Assembly (NCBI GenBank): GCA_964658305.1
Contig: OZ210885.1
Span: 9,610,001 to 9,674,000, forward strand
DNA from: Leptogorgia sarmentosa
Taxonomy: Eukaryota
Length of the DNA stretch: 64,000 nt
Direction: 5' to 3'
Position numbers and translations under genes: made by a program. Under the pieces are notes generated by a model. That model made no database searches, had not been told where the DNA came from, and worked only from the letters and a program-made list of their open reading frames with translations. Positions 48,265 through 59,542 of the stretch are shown here, piece after piece; position 1 is the stretch's first letter; every line of letters begins with the position of its first letter.

Positions 48265-49272
48265 TAGTATAATAGGGGTTATACACCGGGACGTATCGAA
48301 GCTTTGGTTATTGGAGGTGTACAGTGATGTATTACATGAAAATAGAGCTAGCGTAGAAAATTACATGAAAGCGATTCCTGCAGGCATTCCCCCTTCGTCT
48401 ATTTATTACATGATAGTGCACTAGGTACTCTCTACTTGGGCAGGGCTTGGGTCTTAGAAACGCGGCGGTATTTCGGGAAGCCGTCACTATTATTGCGCCG
48501 AGTAAACATTTTTGAGAGCAAAGCAATAGAAATTAACTTTTAGCCTTGGCAAACTCCAATATTGAACCCTCCTTTGACTTTTTTAACGCTACAAACAACA
48601 TCATCAGTTTGCAGTGGAAGTAACAAAAAAGCCCACAATTTAGTCAGTGTTTTCATTTTTTAAGAAATGAGAGCCAGCGATGATACAGTAATACAGTAAA
48701 CACGTCGCAACAAAAAAAACATAATTTTAAACCTTATTTTGTTCAACGATTGATATATAATGGTCGATACATTCGCTTCGTGCATTTATTTGAACGTGTT
48801 TGTTTCCATTTGTTCTCGTCATAGTCGCGGCCTAGCGGTTATGGAAATATTCCCATTCATTCATGTACTCCCGATGTAAAAGAATAATTTACTACAATCA
48901 AATTCAGCTAGTTACTCGCTTTTACCTTGTTATCTATTTTAGCCGACTAAATATAGACGACATGATTTATGATCATACTGATAGAAAATAGTCGACAGCT
49001 TCAGTAAGCTTGGGTTGCTTGTCTATAGATTGTTTACTGTTTACATGATTAGTGGCGACTAAGGGATTCTTCAATTTCGCAGCAGTAGAATTAAACTATA
49101 TATATATATATATATATAGGCTGAATTTCTATTACTACGCAGAGGTAGCCTACAGGTTATACATTTGTTGAACTTGCAGATTTCCTTTTTTTGGCTATAA
49201 ATATTTAAAATTATTTTATTATAATACATCAAGCTTTTCTTTGAGCTGATGTTACATGGCCTTGATTCACAA

Positions 49273-49467
49273 CTTTCTACAAGGGGCTATTGCTATGATG
49301 TTTCTTAATCTTAGGCCCGTTTTAGACGTCAAATTTTCGTCGCGTCGAATGGCATTAAAATAATAGTTAATGAGCTGTGTATGAATTGCATTCGATGCGA
49401 CAGAAATTCGACGTCTAAAACGGGCCTAAGATTAAGAAACATCATAGCAATAGCCCCTTGTAGAAAG
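49273..49467. repeat. Palindrome: Harbinger-like MITE core (49314-49426) with 41-bp perfectly mirrored flanks
   Basis: ctttctacaaggggctattgctatgatgtttcttaatctta-ggcccgttttagacgtc ... gacgtctaaaacgggcc-taagattaagaaacatcatagcaatagccccttgtagaaag. Confidence 0.9.
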
Positions 49468-50307
49468 CTGAATAAAGGCTCCTTATCACACGTCCCAAAA
49501 CCCAACTCGCATGTTCGCTGCGAGAACTTTCATTCAATCGCAATAATCTTTGCATGAAAGCACTCGCGTATGTTTCTAGGTTGCTAATTTACTCTCTTGA
49601 ATTCAATTTGTATTTTTTATCCACCTTGTGTTTCGTTGTGAGCGATTTACGCGACGAAAAGACATCAATTCAGACCAGCCCAACTAAAGTGTAGGAGTTT
49701 ATTGATACCAAGAAAAAAAAAACAGCGGCCATCTTAAATACTTCCAAAGACGCGCCCGCGCTGCTGAACTATGGCTGGACCTATACAAAATATCGAAACA
49801 CCTTGTATATGAAATACTCTATTATTGAATTTGTGTGACCATATTGCGAAAACCTTGATTTATTTACGTTTGTAGGGAACTCAAGGATTTCATAAATAAA
49901 TTTAACTTTTCTAATAGTATCTTGGACCGTACATAGAATCCTATTAACACAGTAAGGTACATGTAAGTAGGGAAGGAAATTGACAGATAAAATATTTAGA
50001 ATCCTATTGTTTAACCATTAAAATACCTAAATAATTTAAGCTCATACACTCTTCCAATCATCATGAAGTAGCTATATTTGACCCAACATTCGGATAGAAA
50101 TGAGCACAAAATCCTAATGTTTACGAATTTTAAATCAATGACATCAATTTCATCGATGTTTTTGGCTTAATGGTACATGTGTGATTTTTCCCATGGAAAA
50201 TTAAAACGTAACTCGTCCCCCATGCCCTATCCAGGCAATCACGCTTCTCCTGATCCTTTTTTATCCCACCGATTCACCAACCCATTTCTGCCCCATCAGA
50301 ATTATTA

Positions 50308-53244
50308 TTGCCGAGAACCTTGGAGAAATCTACCCACATTGAATCCTTTAATGGAAATTCCAACCCCTATATGGTCACAATATCCAAACCCCTATCCCCC
50401 AGCTACACAACTCCCAATGAGTTACCCAAATCAATACCCTTCACCCCTGATGATGAATTACCCCAGACCGCCCAGGCGTTGACAGGTGATTATGATTCAT
50501 CCAAGCCTGTTTGTCCCTTCCTTAACAATGTTACCCACAAAATCACTCAACTAAATAAGATACCCGTTAGAATTACTACACGCACAAGACAGCACAGTCA
50601 TATAAAATCTCCCAAGCACCGCAGCACTTTGAGACCTATACAAGTTAATAAAACTGCCCCGAGTCAACCACGCTTAATTCCATGTTGCTTAGTGTTGAAT
50701 GCCAGATCTATTGCTAAACCTGATGCTTTTCCTGCTTTGTGCGCAGACATTAAATGCAATAACATAGATGTTTGTTGTATAACCGAAACATGGCTCAAAC
50801 CTACTATACCTAGCTCCCTCCTTTGTCCTCCCAATTTTTCCATCATTACAAAGGATAGAACAAACTGTCGAGGAGGAGGTGTCGCGATCTTATGCAGGAA
50901 TGATTGGAGAATGCAGCCACTACCTGATTTGGATAATCCATTGGAATGTTTATGGACAAAAATTATTACGCAAAACTCTGAATTCTTTGTTGCAACTATT
51001 TACCACCCACCTGACTATGAGTACAATGAGCAAGACCTTATCGAATTCCTTATTGACTCGTGCGAACAACTATTGTTATCCAAACCGAATTCAAATATAA
51101 TAATTGCTGGTGACATTAACAATTTAAATATTCGATCTGTTCTTAATCAACTTCCATTTACCCAAATTGTTAAGACCCCTACGAGAGGGCTTAAAATATT
51201 AGATGTCTTTATTACAAATGTCCCAAACTATTGGAAATCTGTTAAAGTTGTAAAAAGCTTGGTGAGATCCGACCATGATATGGTTATCACATACCCCCGA
51301 AACACAGTTAAAGCAATAAGGACAAATTCCTATTTCAGAGATGTGAGACAACATCATCAATTGAATATGCTTCGTGAACTTGAATCTATTGTTTGGAACA
51401 CCGTAATTATGAATAGTCACAATCTAGACGAGATAACCCTAAAATTTTATGAGATAATATGGCCAAAATTCGATAAAAGCTTTCCATTAATTACAGTAAG
51501 AACGTCATCACGAGATCCTCCATTCATGTCTTCTCTTGTGAACCACCTTCTGAATCAAAGGAAAAGAGCCATACAAAACGGAAACACTGAAGCAAATACA
51601 CGATTGCAAGAAAAAATCAACAAGCTAATTCGGGAAAATCAATTAAGCGCAGTCAAACAAGAGTTTAGAAATCAGAAAACTGGATCAAAAAGTTGGTGGT
51701 CTAACGTAAATAGCATTACCTCCAGAAAAAAGAAACATGATGTATCTGTAAGTGCCTCTCTCAACCCTCGTGAAATTAACAAATATTTTCAAAGTGTGAA
51801 TACAGATCCAAATTATACGACTCCCGAACCTCTCCAAATCTCCGAAGGAACAAGAATTCCTTCGTTGTCAATTCATGAAGTTCGACATTTTCTGCTCAAT
51901 CAAAAACGCTCTTCATCGGGTCCGGACAATCTGCCACATTGGTTTTGGAAATCGTTTGCTATTGAATTAGCTCCCATTGTCACAGAAATTTTTAACATGT
52001 CACTAAAAACCAGCAAGGTACCCCAGAAATGGAAATCCGCTAATTTATTACCACTCCCTAAAGAATCACCATTAAATTTGTGCAACCAATTAAGACCAAT
52101 CTCTCTAACTGACATCATCATGAGACTATTCGAGAAGTGCGTGTATAAATCTAAAATCGCACCCGCCACAAGAAATAACATTGGTCCTGACCAATTCGCT
52201 TATAAAAAGGGTCACAACTGGGTCATGGCCCTGATTAAATCCCAACATCAATGGCTAGAGTGGCTGGAGAAAAACGCTAATTATGTTAGAGTGCTATCCT
52301 TCGATTTCAGCAAAGCATTTGACGGTGTGCCCCACGATCTTTTGTTTGAAAAAGTTAAAAAGCTACCCATTAATCCGTATGTGGTAAACTGGTTAATTAG
52401 CTTTCTAGAAAACAGAACACAAAGAGTAATGGTTGATGGAATTGCCACAGAATACTTACATATTAATCGTGGTGTGCCTCAAGGCACCGTTTTAGGTCCA
52501 GTTCTTTTCTCAATAATGGTCGATGATATTAAAACTGCTGATCCTAGTAACGCATTAGTCAAATTTGTTGATGATTTGACGTTAGGAGTGCCTGGTAACG
52601 ATAGTGGTGACACATCTAGATCTGAAGCTGCCTGTTTACAGGATTGGGCGGAAGAGAATAGAATGCCCCTAAACTTGGAAAAAACGTACGAAATAGTTGT
52701 TCGCAGAGACACCCCTGTAGTTTTGCCTGAGCATATTCCTTCAATTAAGCGAAAAACATGGTTAAAGCTTTTAGGAGTTACTCTACAAGATAATCCGTGC
52801 AACTGTGATTTGCACTTCGAAGAAATGCTAAAAAAAGCAAACGGACGAATGTACATTATGAGAGTCTGCAAATACTATGGACTATCAATTAAACAATTAG
52901 ATCTGCTGTTTGATAGCCTAATTATGTCGGTATTTACTTTTGCTATAGAACTGTGGGGTTGTGCATATGACGGTAAATATTTGAACCAAATAGACAAATT
53001 CATTAAACGTGCACATAGGAATGGTTATATCTCAAAACGAACACATATTAAAGAAATACGTGATAAGAGAGATAAGAAAATGTGGAACAAAATAACATCA
53101 ACTGAAGACAATGCATTGCGTGAACTGCTGCCGGAAAAAAGAAATAGATTACTTAGGCCTAGAGGGCATGAGTATGAACTCCCCCTAGTGAGAACAGAAA
53201 GATCCAAAAGGTCGTTTATAAATCGTTGTCTGTATAACTTTTAG
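50308..53244 (+). CDS. Non-LTR retrotransposon ORF (APE endonuclease + reverse transcriptase), CR1/L2-group-like; first in-frame ATG at 50371
   Basis: 978-codon open frame. APE motifs LNARS, ITETWL, GGGVAI, IYHPP, AGDIN, LD, SDH. RT motifs SGPD, RPISL, QFAYK, DFSKAFD, GVPQGTVLGP, KFVDD, LLGV. Confidence 0.95.
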   Translation: MPRTLEKSTHIESFNGNSNPYMVTISKPLSPSYTTPNELPKSIPFTPDDELPQTAQALTGDYDSSKPVCPFLNNVTHKITQLNKIPVRITTRTRQHSHIKSPKHRSTLRPIQVNKTAPSQPRLIPCCLVLNARSIAKPDAFPALCADIKCNNIDVCCITETWLKPTIPSSLLCPPNFSIITKDRTNCRGGGVAILCRNDWRMQPLPDLDNPLECLWTKIITQNSEFFVATIYHPPDYEYNEQDLIEFLIDSCEQLLLSKPNSNIIIAGDINNLNIRSVLNQLPFTQIVKTPTRGLKILDVFITNVPNYWKSVKVVKSLVRSDHDMVITYPRNTVKAIRTNSYFRDVRQHHQLNMLRELESIVWNTVIMNSHNLDEITLKFYEIIWPKFDKSFPLITVRTSSRDPPFMSSLVNHLLNQRKRAIQNGNTEANTRLQEKINKLIRENQLSAVKQEFRNQKTGSKSWWSNVNSITSRKKKHDVSVSASLNPREINKYFQSVNTDPNYTTPEPLQISEGTRIPSLSIHEVRHFLLNQKRSSSGPDNLPHWFWKSFAIELAPIVTEIFNMSLKTSKVPQKWKSANLLPLPKESPLNLCNQLRPISLTDIIMRLFEKCVYKSKIAPATRNNIGPDQFAYKKGHNWVMALIKSQHQWLEWLEKNANYVRVLSFDFSKAFDGVPHDLLFEKVKKLPINPYVVNWLISFLENRTQRVMVDGIATEYLHINRGVPQGTVLGPVLFSIMVDDIKTADPSNALVKFVDDLTLGVPGNDSGDTSRSEAACLQDWAEENRMPLNLEKTYEIVVRRDTPVVLPEHIPSIKRKTWLKLLGVTLQDNPCNCDLHFEEMLKKANGRMYIMRVCKYYGLSIKQLDLLFDSLIMSVFTFAIELWGCAYDGKYLNQIDKFIKRAHRNGYISKRTHIKEIRDKRDKKMWNKITSTEDNALRELLPEKRNRLLRPRGHEYELPLVRTERSKRSFINRCLYNF

Positions 53245-53395
53245 ACTTTAATGTATTAAAACTTTTTATAACTTTTTACGATTCTTAACATACATTGTAA
53301 ATATAACTATCTAGGTCAATTATCTCTTGATTGTAAACTCAGACGGATGTATCTGAGTATTTTAATAAAGACTATTATTATTATTATTATTATTA
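53245..53395 (+). mobile_element. LINE 3' UTR with aataaa and (TAT)n tail
   Basis: aataaagac followed by tattattattattattattatta at 53373-53395. Confidence 0.85.
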
Positions 53396-54514
53396 AATAT
53401 CAAACCGAGGCCAATGTCAAGGCATGAAGACCGAGGTTTGAAAATCAACCATACAGACGAAACAGTCGAAGTCAACGAAAAGACGAAGTTTGCCTATTTT
53501 CGTACGGAACTGATACTCAATTTTTTGCACTATCTTTCTTTTCACGTAGATTCCGAATGACGAATATTTGAAAAAATGCGAGGTGTTGGAACATTATATT
53601 TGACGACAAATGAGCTAATCACGTGTGCTAAATACTCTATAAAGGGTGCTAATCTTGTGGGGTCCCCGAATTTTTGGCTTCGGGGACGACTATATAACTG
53701 TCCCCCACTGTTTACCATTTCTCGTTTTCTTTTACTGGTGACAATAGTAATTATAAAAGTTATACAGCAATATAATACTTAATGTAAGCGATCTTTGATT
53801 CGTACACCTAAATGATCTTACCAAAGAGGTAGAGTTAACGCTTTGAAATGGTCGTTTCCGGCAATCTAGAGGTTTTAAATGTTCACAATTGTCTGATTTG
53901 GCGCAAACCTTGGTGACGCCTTGGGAGAAGTTGGGTGTAGGTTGAAAATGTTCCTATACCATTCCTGCAGTTCTTGTAGGAAGGATGCAGAAACGTTTTC
54001 AACTCTAAGAAGATCAGAACCCCCCCCCCCCCATTTTGGGAATGCACTGTCGCCCTTAAATTCTACACACTGTGTCTATTATGTAATAATTTCACTGGAA
54101 CATTCAAATAGTTTTCAATATCTCTACTTTTGAGACTCCGAAATACCTAGAATCCTGGTTGTTTTGGTAAAAATAGTCGTAATCGAATATTAGTATACAG
54201 GCAAAACCATTGATTATTTGAATTTGAATGCCCTAGCACTAAGCTAATTTTGCTAGCCAGTATTTTAGTGTATTCAATTTCTTAATTACTTTTTACGATT
54301 TTTTTCGAGTTCAAATTCAAAGGGCTTTCAAATTCCAACAATGCTTTAATAATTAATTTCAATGGTTTTGCTTTTTGAGTATTTGTTTTACTTTATATTA
54401 TATTATATTTTAGAGTATTTTTCATTGCCAGAAATATTGATATTGCTAGTCCACATATCCTTGTTTCCACGTTTAATATTCATTTCAGACAATGTTGCAA
54501 TTTCTCTTAAGTCT

Positions 54515-56465
54515 TCAACCTTTTGCTTGCAGTTGTTTTGAATGCGAGGATAACTTATTAAGACGAAGGAAGCAGACCCGACCTCCTGCCAGGCCAACAC
54601 AAACCATTCCATTTGAGTCACATGCTATGGCTAAAACGTACCGGTCGAAATGAAACTCTTCAACACACTCTCCATTTGGTATGTTCCACAGTTTCAGCGT
54701 CTTGTCTTCATCCGAGCATGACAAAATAAATTCTCCTTCAGGCGCTAATGCCAACGCTCTGATATCCTCAGCATCTTCAATTGGAAATCTATGGAGAACC
54801 TTTTCAGTTATGAAGTTTTCAATCACCAAAGAACCATGACCTAAAAATGTGATTTAAAATTTTAAATCTGTTAAGGCAATGATACGCCAGGCAATTTTGG
54901 GTTGATAGCCATGATTTATGTTTATAGTGGCTGTTACGAGGCGCTTTTATGATCTCATAGAAATTAGTAACAGGTGCGGGCGTAAATTTAAGAATGCGCC
55001 GGTAGTTTTGACACCTCAACTTTTCCGCAAGTGTCAAAACTTCTCGCGCATCTCAGAATTTGCGCCCGCAAACATTAGTATAATTTCTATTAAAAGCATA
55101 AAGCGCGTGTGGAGCAGGTAGGGTCCACAGGTCACGTTATTTAAGTTGCTGTCTCAGAAATTGTTCACGTGGACCGCTGCTACACATTAGTAAACAGGGA
55201 CTTATCTGTACAAATTTTCAGCGAGTCTTATCTAAAAAACATAGCTTTAAATCCGACGTTTCATAACATGCAGCTAAAACTGCCTGATCCAAGGGTCTAT
55301 TAGTCAGGGAATATTGCTGACCCATATAGCCGTTATGGAATGGTAGATATGGTTATCTATCAGGTGATCTCAACACACGAAGAAGGACTGGGATTAGATG
55401 TCGCGCAGCATACCATTTTTCGATTGAAACAAATGAATTTCTGCCATTATATGCTTTATTTTGATTCCATATTTTTGTCAGAGCTATAGTTCTAATAACC
55501 AAACATAATTACGAAATTTCAACTAGTTTCATACAGAACAACGGAAGATATAATCGAGTGAATATAGCGAAATGGATTTCTATTCGGACAACTCTTTCTG
55601 AGTGCTCGAACACGAACACGAACCACTGAGCTAAAGAAAGACTTCAGAGGGTGCTCGTATCAATTTTCTCATAAAGGAGTGAGGCTTAATTGCAGGATTC
55701 GCATAATCCAGTGTTTCTCAGATCAGTGGGTGGTCTATCCACGACAAGTCCTCCAACTTGCCTTCGGTTTTTATTTTCCCGAGTGAAAATTGCCGGGCGG
55801 ACTTAGTACCCTCGCCAGGCCTTGCGCTCGTACGCTCGGGGAAAATACATACAGACTAAGCTGTGGGCAATTCTCAAAGTTTCCGTGCGAATACTTGTAA
55901 GATAACATAGTTGCAAGTCAAACGGGTAATGCACGTGGTGTTACGTGAGGTTAAGCCTACTGGAATGCGGTATATTCGCAGGGGAGGTTTCGTATTCGGA
56001 GATTCAAAATGCAGCATGTTCACATGTTAATGCTATTGCTTGGATAACTTCTTGTTGGTTTGAAAAGTCTCGTGTCCAGGCAGTTGTGCAGTGGACGGGG
56101 AAACAAGGGCGTGGACGGAATGTCGGAGAGTAAGGCTGTGCTGATACTCGAAGAATTGCGCAACCACACGTTGTTGCAAGTGAGATTAAAAAATGAAATA
56201 AATTACCTAAAATAGCCACATGGCTGCCAGAATGGTTCACCCTTAAAACTCTTCTGGTAAAAAAATTCCAATTCTGTCCGCCCCACTTAGCTTTGTTCAG
56301 TTCCCACTTTCTGACCCATGCCCCCTCTTCAGCTCCATTATCAACTCCCCTCTTGTAAGAATGAACACAAAAAAGGAAGTTCTGGGCCACTCGAATTGTT
56401 TCAATTCTACCCCCCACATCTGATGTGTAATGATGCACAATTCCTTTGGCATTGATCTGGTCAAC
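54515..56465 (-). CDS. 3' exons of a WD40-repeat protein: 56465-56207 and 54840-54515; upstream exons not resolved
   Basis: IRALALAPEGEFILSCSDEDKTLKLWNI is a WD40 repeat. Acceptors ttttgacag and atttttag, donor gtaatt; the phases join in frame (phase 1). Confidence 0.7.
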
Positions 56466-57924
56466 CTGTCAAAATAATAAATTACTGCTTAATACAACAT
56501 TGTTGCATTGGTTATTTTCTCTGAAAAATAAGATGAACGTCTCCCGATTTTTAACACTTATTATTATGTATTTTGAATTAAAAATTCCGATGCGGAATGC
56601 TAAGTTTGTTTGCTTTGTTGCGTGACTACTTCAAACGTAATAAAGTAATTGAAAAAATTACCTTCAGAATTGGAATTGTTGAATTTAATTTACAGTTGCA
56701 GTATTAGTGACTGAAGACAAGCGCGCAAATCGTCGGGGGGGGGGGGGGTTGTTTAATTCGTACTGTTCTTGAAAGTTTTGACAATCAACGGAATTGTCCG
56801 CAATGATATCAAAAAAGAATTAACTGTATTCACAATGTTGTTATATGTGTTATCCTCTTTTCAAATGGTTTATTACGCACGGGTTAACTTGTTACACATG
56901 CAAGAAGGATACAGTTGCATTGGTGTTTAGTTCGGTTAAATATGATGCGTTGAATTATATGATTCGCTTCATAATCTACGTCTTGGTATATCTATTTTCT
57001 CAGTAAATTGCTGTAACATGTTAGTACGAATTTTCCTCCTTCTATATTCAGATCATTTCTTTGTCATACCCTTTCCTTTTTTATGACTCAAATATAAATA
57101 TTTTTGTTTATTCAGTCATATCTTCTTATCTGTCACTTAATTTGTTTTTAAACTTAGTTCGGGAAGGCATGCGCGCCGTTTTTCCTGTTTACGTTATACA
57201 AGATTTATTTTCTATTCTCAATGCTCGTAATGATATGCGAACAACAAATTAAGGACAAACAAAGGTATTATCAAGCATAATGGCATAGATTATGCGCATG
57301 AATGGGTAACAAAGCTATAACAGGTGGAAAACGCCATAAACTCGGCTCTTGTTCAGTTACACCGTTGAGAAGCAAGTGGCGATCTTTTGTTGGAAGGGAA
57401 CACGACTCACCCGAATTCTATCATGGCCGAAGAACACGTTCAGTTCCCCGAGGAACCTCTTCAAGAACCGATGGACGCTCAAGTCGGACAAGCCGATCCC
57501 GCGCCGCCAGTGGCAAATCCAAACGCCCAGTGCCAAACGACAATGAGTTGGAGGAAGTGCAATATTTAAAGTAATTACAATCCTTATTCCCTCTTGTCAT
57601 TTCAGACATTTGTGATTTTACTGCCTCACATCGGTTCCCGGCTGAGCCGTCGTTACGTTCGTCAATTTTCTCGTTCGCTGGATTGTCCATCTGCTGATCA
57701 CGGCTCTGCCGGCAGGTTTTCATGCTGTTCATTGTATTTGTCTTGGACAATTTCGTTGTTTCAGCATGGCCTGTCCCGCTGATTCGGGTGAAGTTCTGCA
57801 TGATTACATCGCGATTAGTTGCTTTTGTATTCACTCATGCAGTGTTGGTGATTTGCTCGACAGGCCGAGAAAACGTGATGTCTATGCATAATTATTCGTT
57901 ATGAACGCGCCTAACTTGTGTGAT

Positions 57925-58705
57925 ATGGGCGAGATTTCGCCAGTGGTGAGGTCACCGTGCTTAATATCGGCGGGCTTTCGTCAGAGATGAGATTACAGTG
58001 GTTACTGTGGGCGAGATTTCGCCAGAGATGACGTGCTGTAGCTGAATTCAGCAGAATTTGGCCCGAGCTGATACAAGTCGTTTACTATGCGCGAGATTTC
58101 GCGAGCGACGAGTTAGATGTTATATGGGCGAGATTTCGCCACACAGCAATTACAGTGGTTGATGTGGGCGAGGTTTCGCCAGGCACGAGTTTTCACTCGT
58201 CAATAGGCGCGAGATTTCGCGAGCGACCAGCTTATAGATGATGTGGGGGCGAGATTTCGCCACACAGCAATACAGTGGTTGGCTTGGGCGAGGTTTTGCC
58301 AGGCACGAATTTGCCGTCGTCAATAGGCGCGAGATTTCGCGAGCGACCACCTTATAGATGCTGTGGCGGCGAGATTTCGCCACAAAGCAATTACAGTGGT
58401 TGACGTGGGCGAGGTTTCGCCAGGCACGAGTTTCCAGTCGTCAATAGGTGCGAGATTTCGCGAGCGACCAGCTTATAGATGCTGTGGGGGCGAGATTTAG
58501 CCACACAGCAATTACAGTGGTTGACGTGGGCGAGGTTTCGCCAGGCACGAGTTTGCCGTCGTCAATAGGCGCGAGATTTCGCGAGCGACCAGCTTATAGA
58601 TGCTGTCCGGGCGACATTTCGCAACACAGCAATTACAGTGGTTGATGTGGGCGAGGTTTCGTCAGGGACGAGTTTATAGAGGTTATACGGGCGAGCGTTC
58701 GCCAG
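57925..58705. repeat. Higher-order tandem repeat: 120-121-bp units made of ~40-bp subunits with a GGCGAGATTTCGCC-type core
   Basis: acagtggttg recurs at 58152, 58272, 58393, 58514 and 58635; three gcgag(a/g)tttcgc cores per unit. Confidence 0.92.
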
Positions 58706-59331
58706 AGCGACATTGCGGTGGTTCCTTCTACACAGGAACCTGAAGGTGGGGTCCACTCGGTCTTTTCCTGCGGGTCCGGGGATATGAGCGCTTTGAAACA
58801 GGGTATCTCAGCAAGCCCTCCCTGCGTTCGCGGGGTCTTGGCGATCATGTCCTTGCCGACCTTTTCGGGGTCAGATCTAGGGACTTCGTTTGTTTGTTGT
58901 AGGGACGGGTACCTACCGCTACCGTAAGTGTCTGATTTGAAGAACAACTCGAGGAATCGGTGGCGCAGATGCCTGTCATGCAATGGGTTAATTCTTCCGG
59001 CAACCCCGTGTTGGTCGGTAAGGATATGACGCCCAAGCAGGATCTTGTTGCACACGTTTCCCAGGTAGAAAAAGGCCTGGCGTTGGGAGATGTCAATACT
59101 CATACGGGATCCCCGGACGTTCCATGTGTGGGGGAACGGCATAATCATGTCCAATCGTGGATGGCGATGGCCTCGTGCAATCCTTTTCCCAATCATGTGG
59201 AAGTTTTAACTTGGATTGAACTTAGGGTCTCGGTTTTCCCCTATTTTCAGCATTTTAAAGGAACCTACCAACAAATGTCGTATGACTCTGACCGCCCAGC
59301 GTTCAGGAGGAAATTTAGTTTGGGGGGTTAC

Positions 59332-59542
59332 GGAATGAGTATTGGGTTAAGGAATGAGTATTGGGTTAAGGAATGAGGATTGGGTTAAGGAATGAGGATT
59401 GGGTTAAGGAATGAGGATTGGGTTAAGGAATGAGGATTGGGTTAAGGAATGAGGAATGAGGATTGGGTTAAGGAATGAGGATTGGGTTAAGGAATGAGGA
59501 TTGGATTAAGGAATGAGGATTGGGTTTAGGAATGAGGATTGG
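59332..59542. repeat. 19-bp minisatellite ggaatgaggattgggttaa, about 11 copies
   Basis: Read directly. Confidence 0.92.

Noticed and set aside
57925..58705. CRISPR-like array
   Set aside because: The inter-motif sequences repeat with a 121-bp period rather than being unique spacers; there are no cas genes and the context is eukaryotic.
59332..59542. Interstitial telomere
   Set aside because: The unit is 19 bp and contains no tandem TTAGGG.
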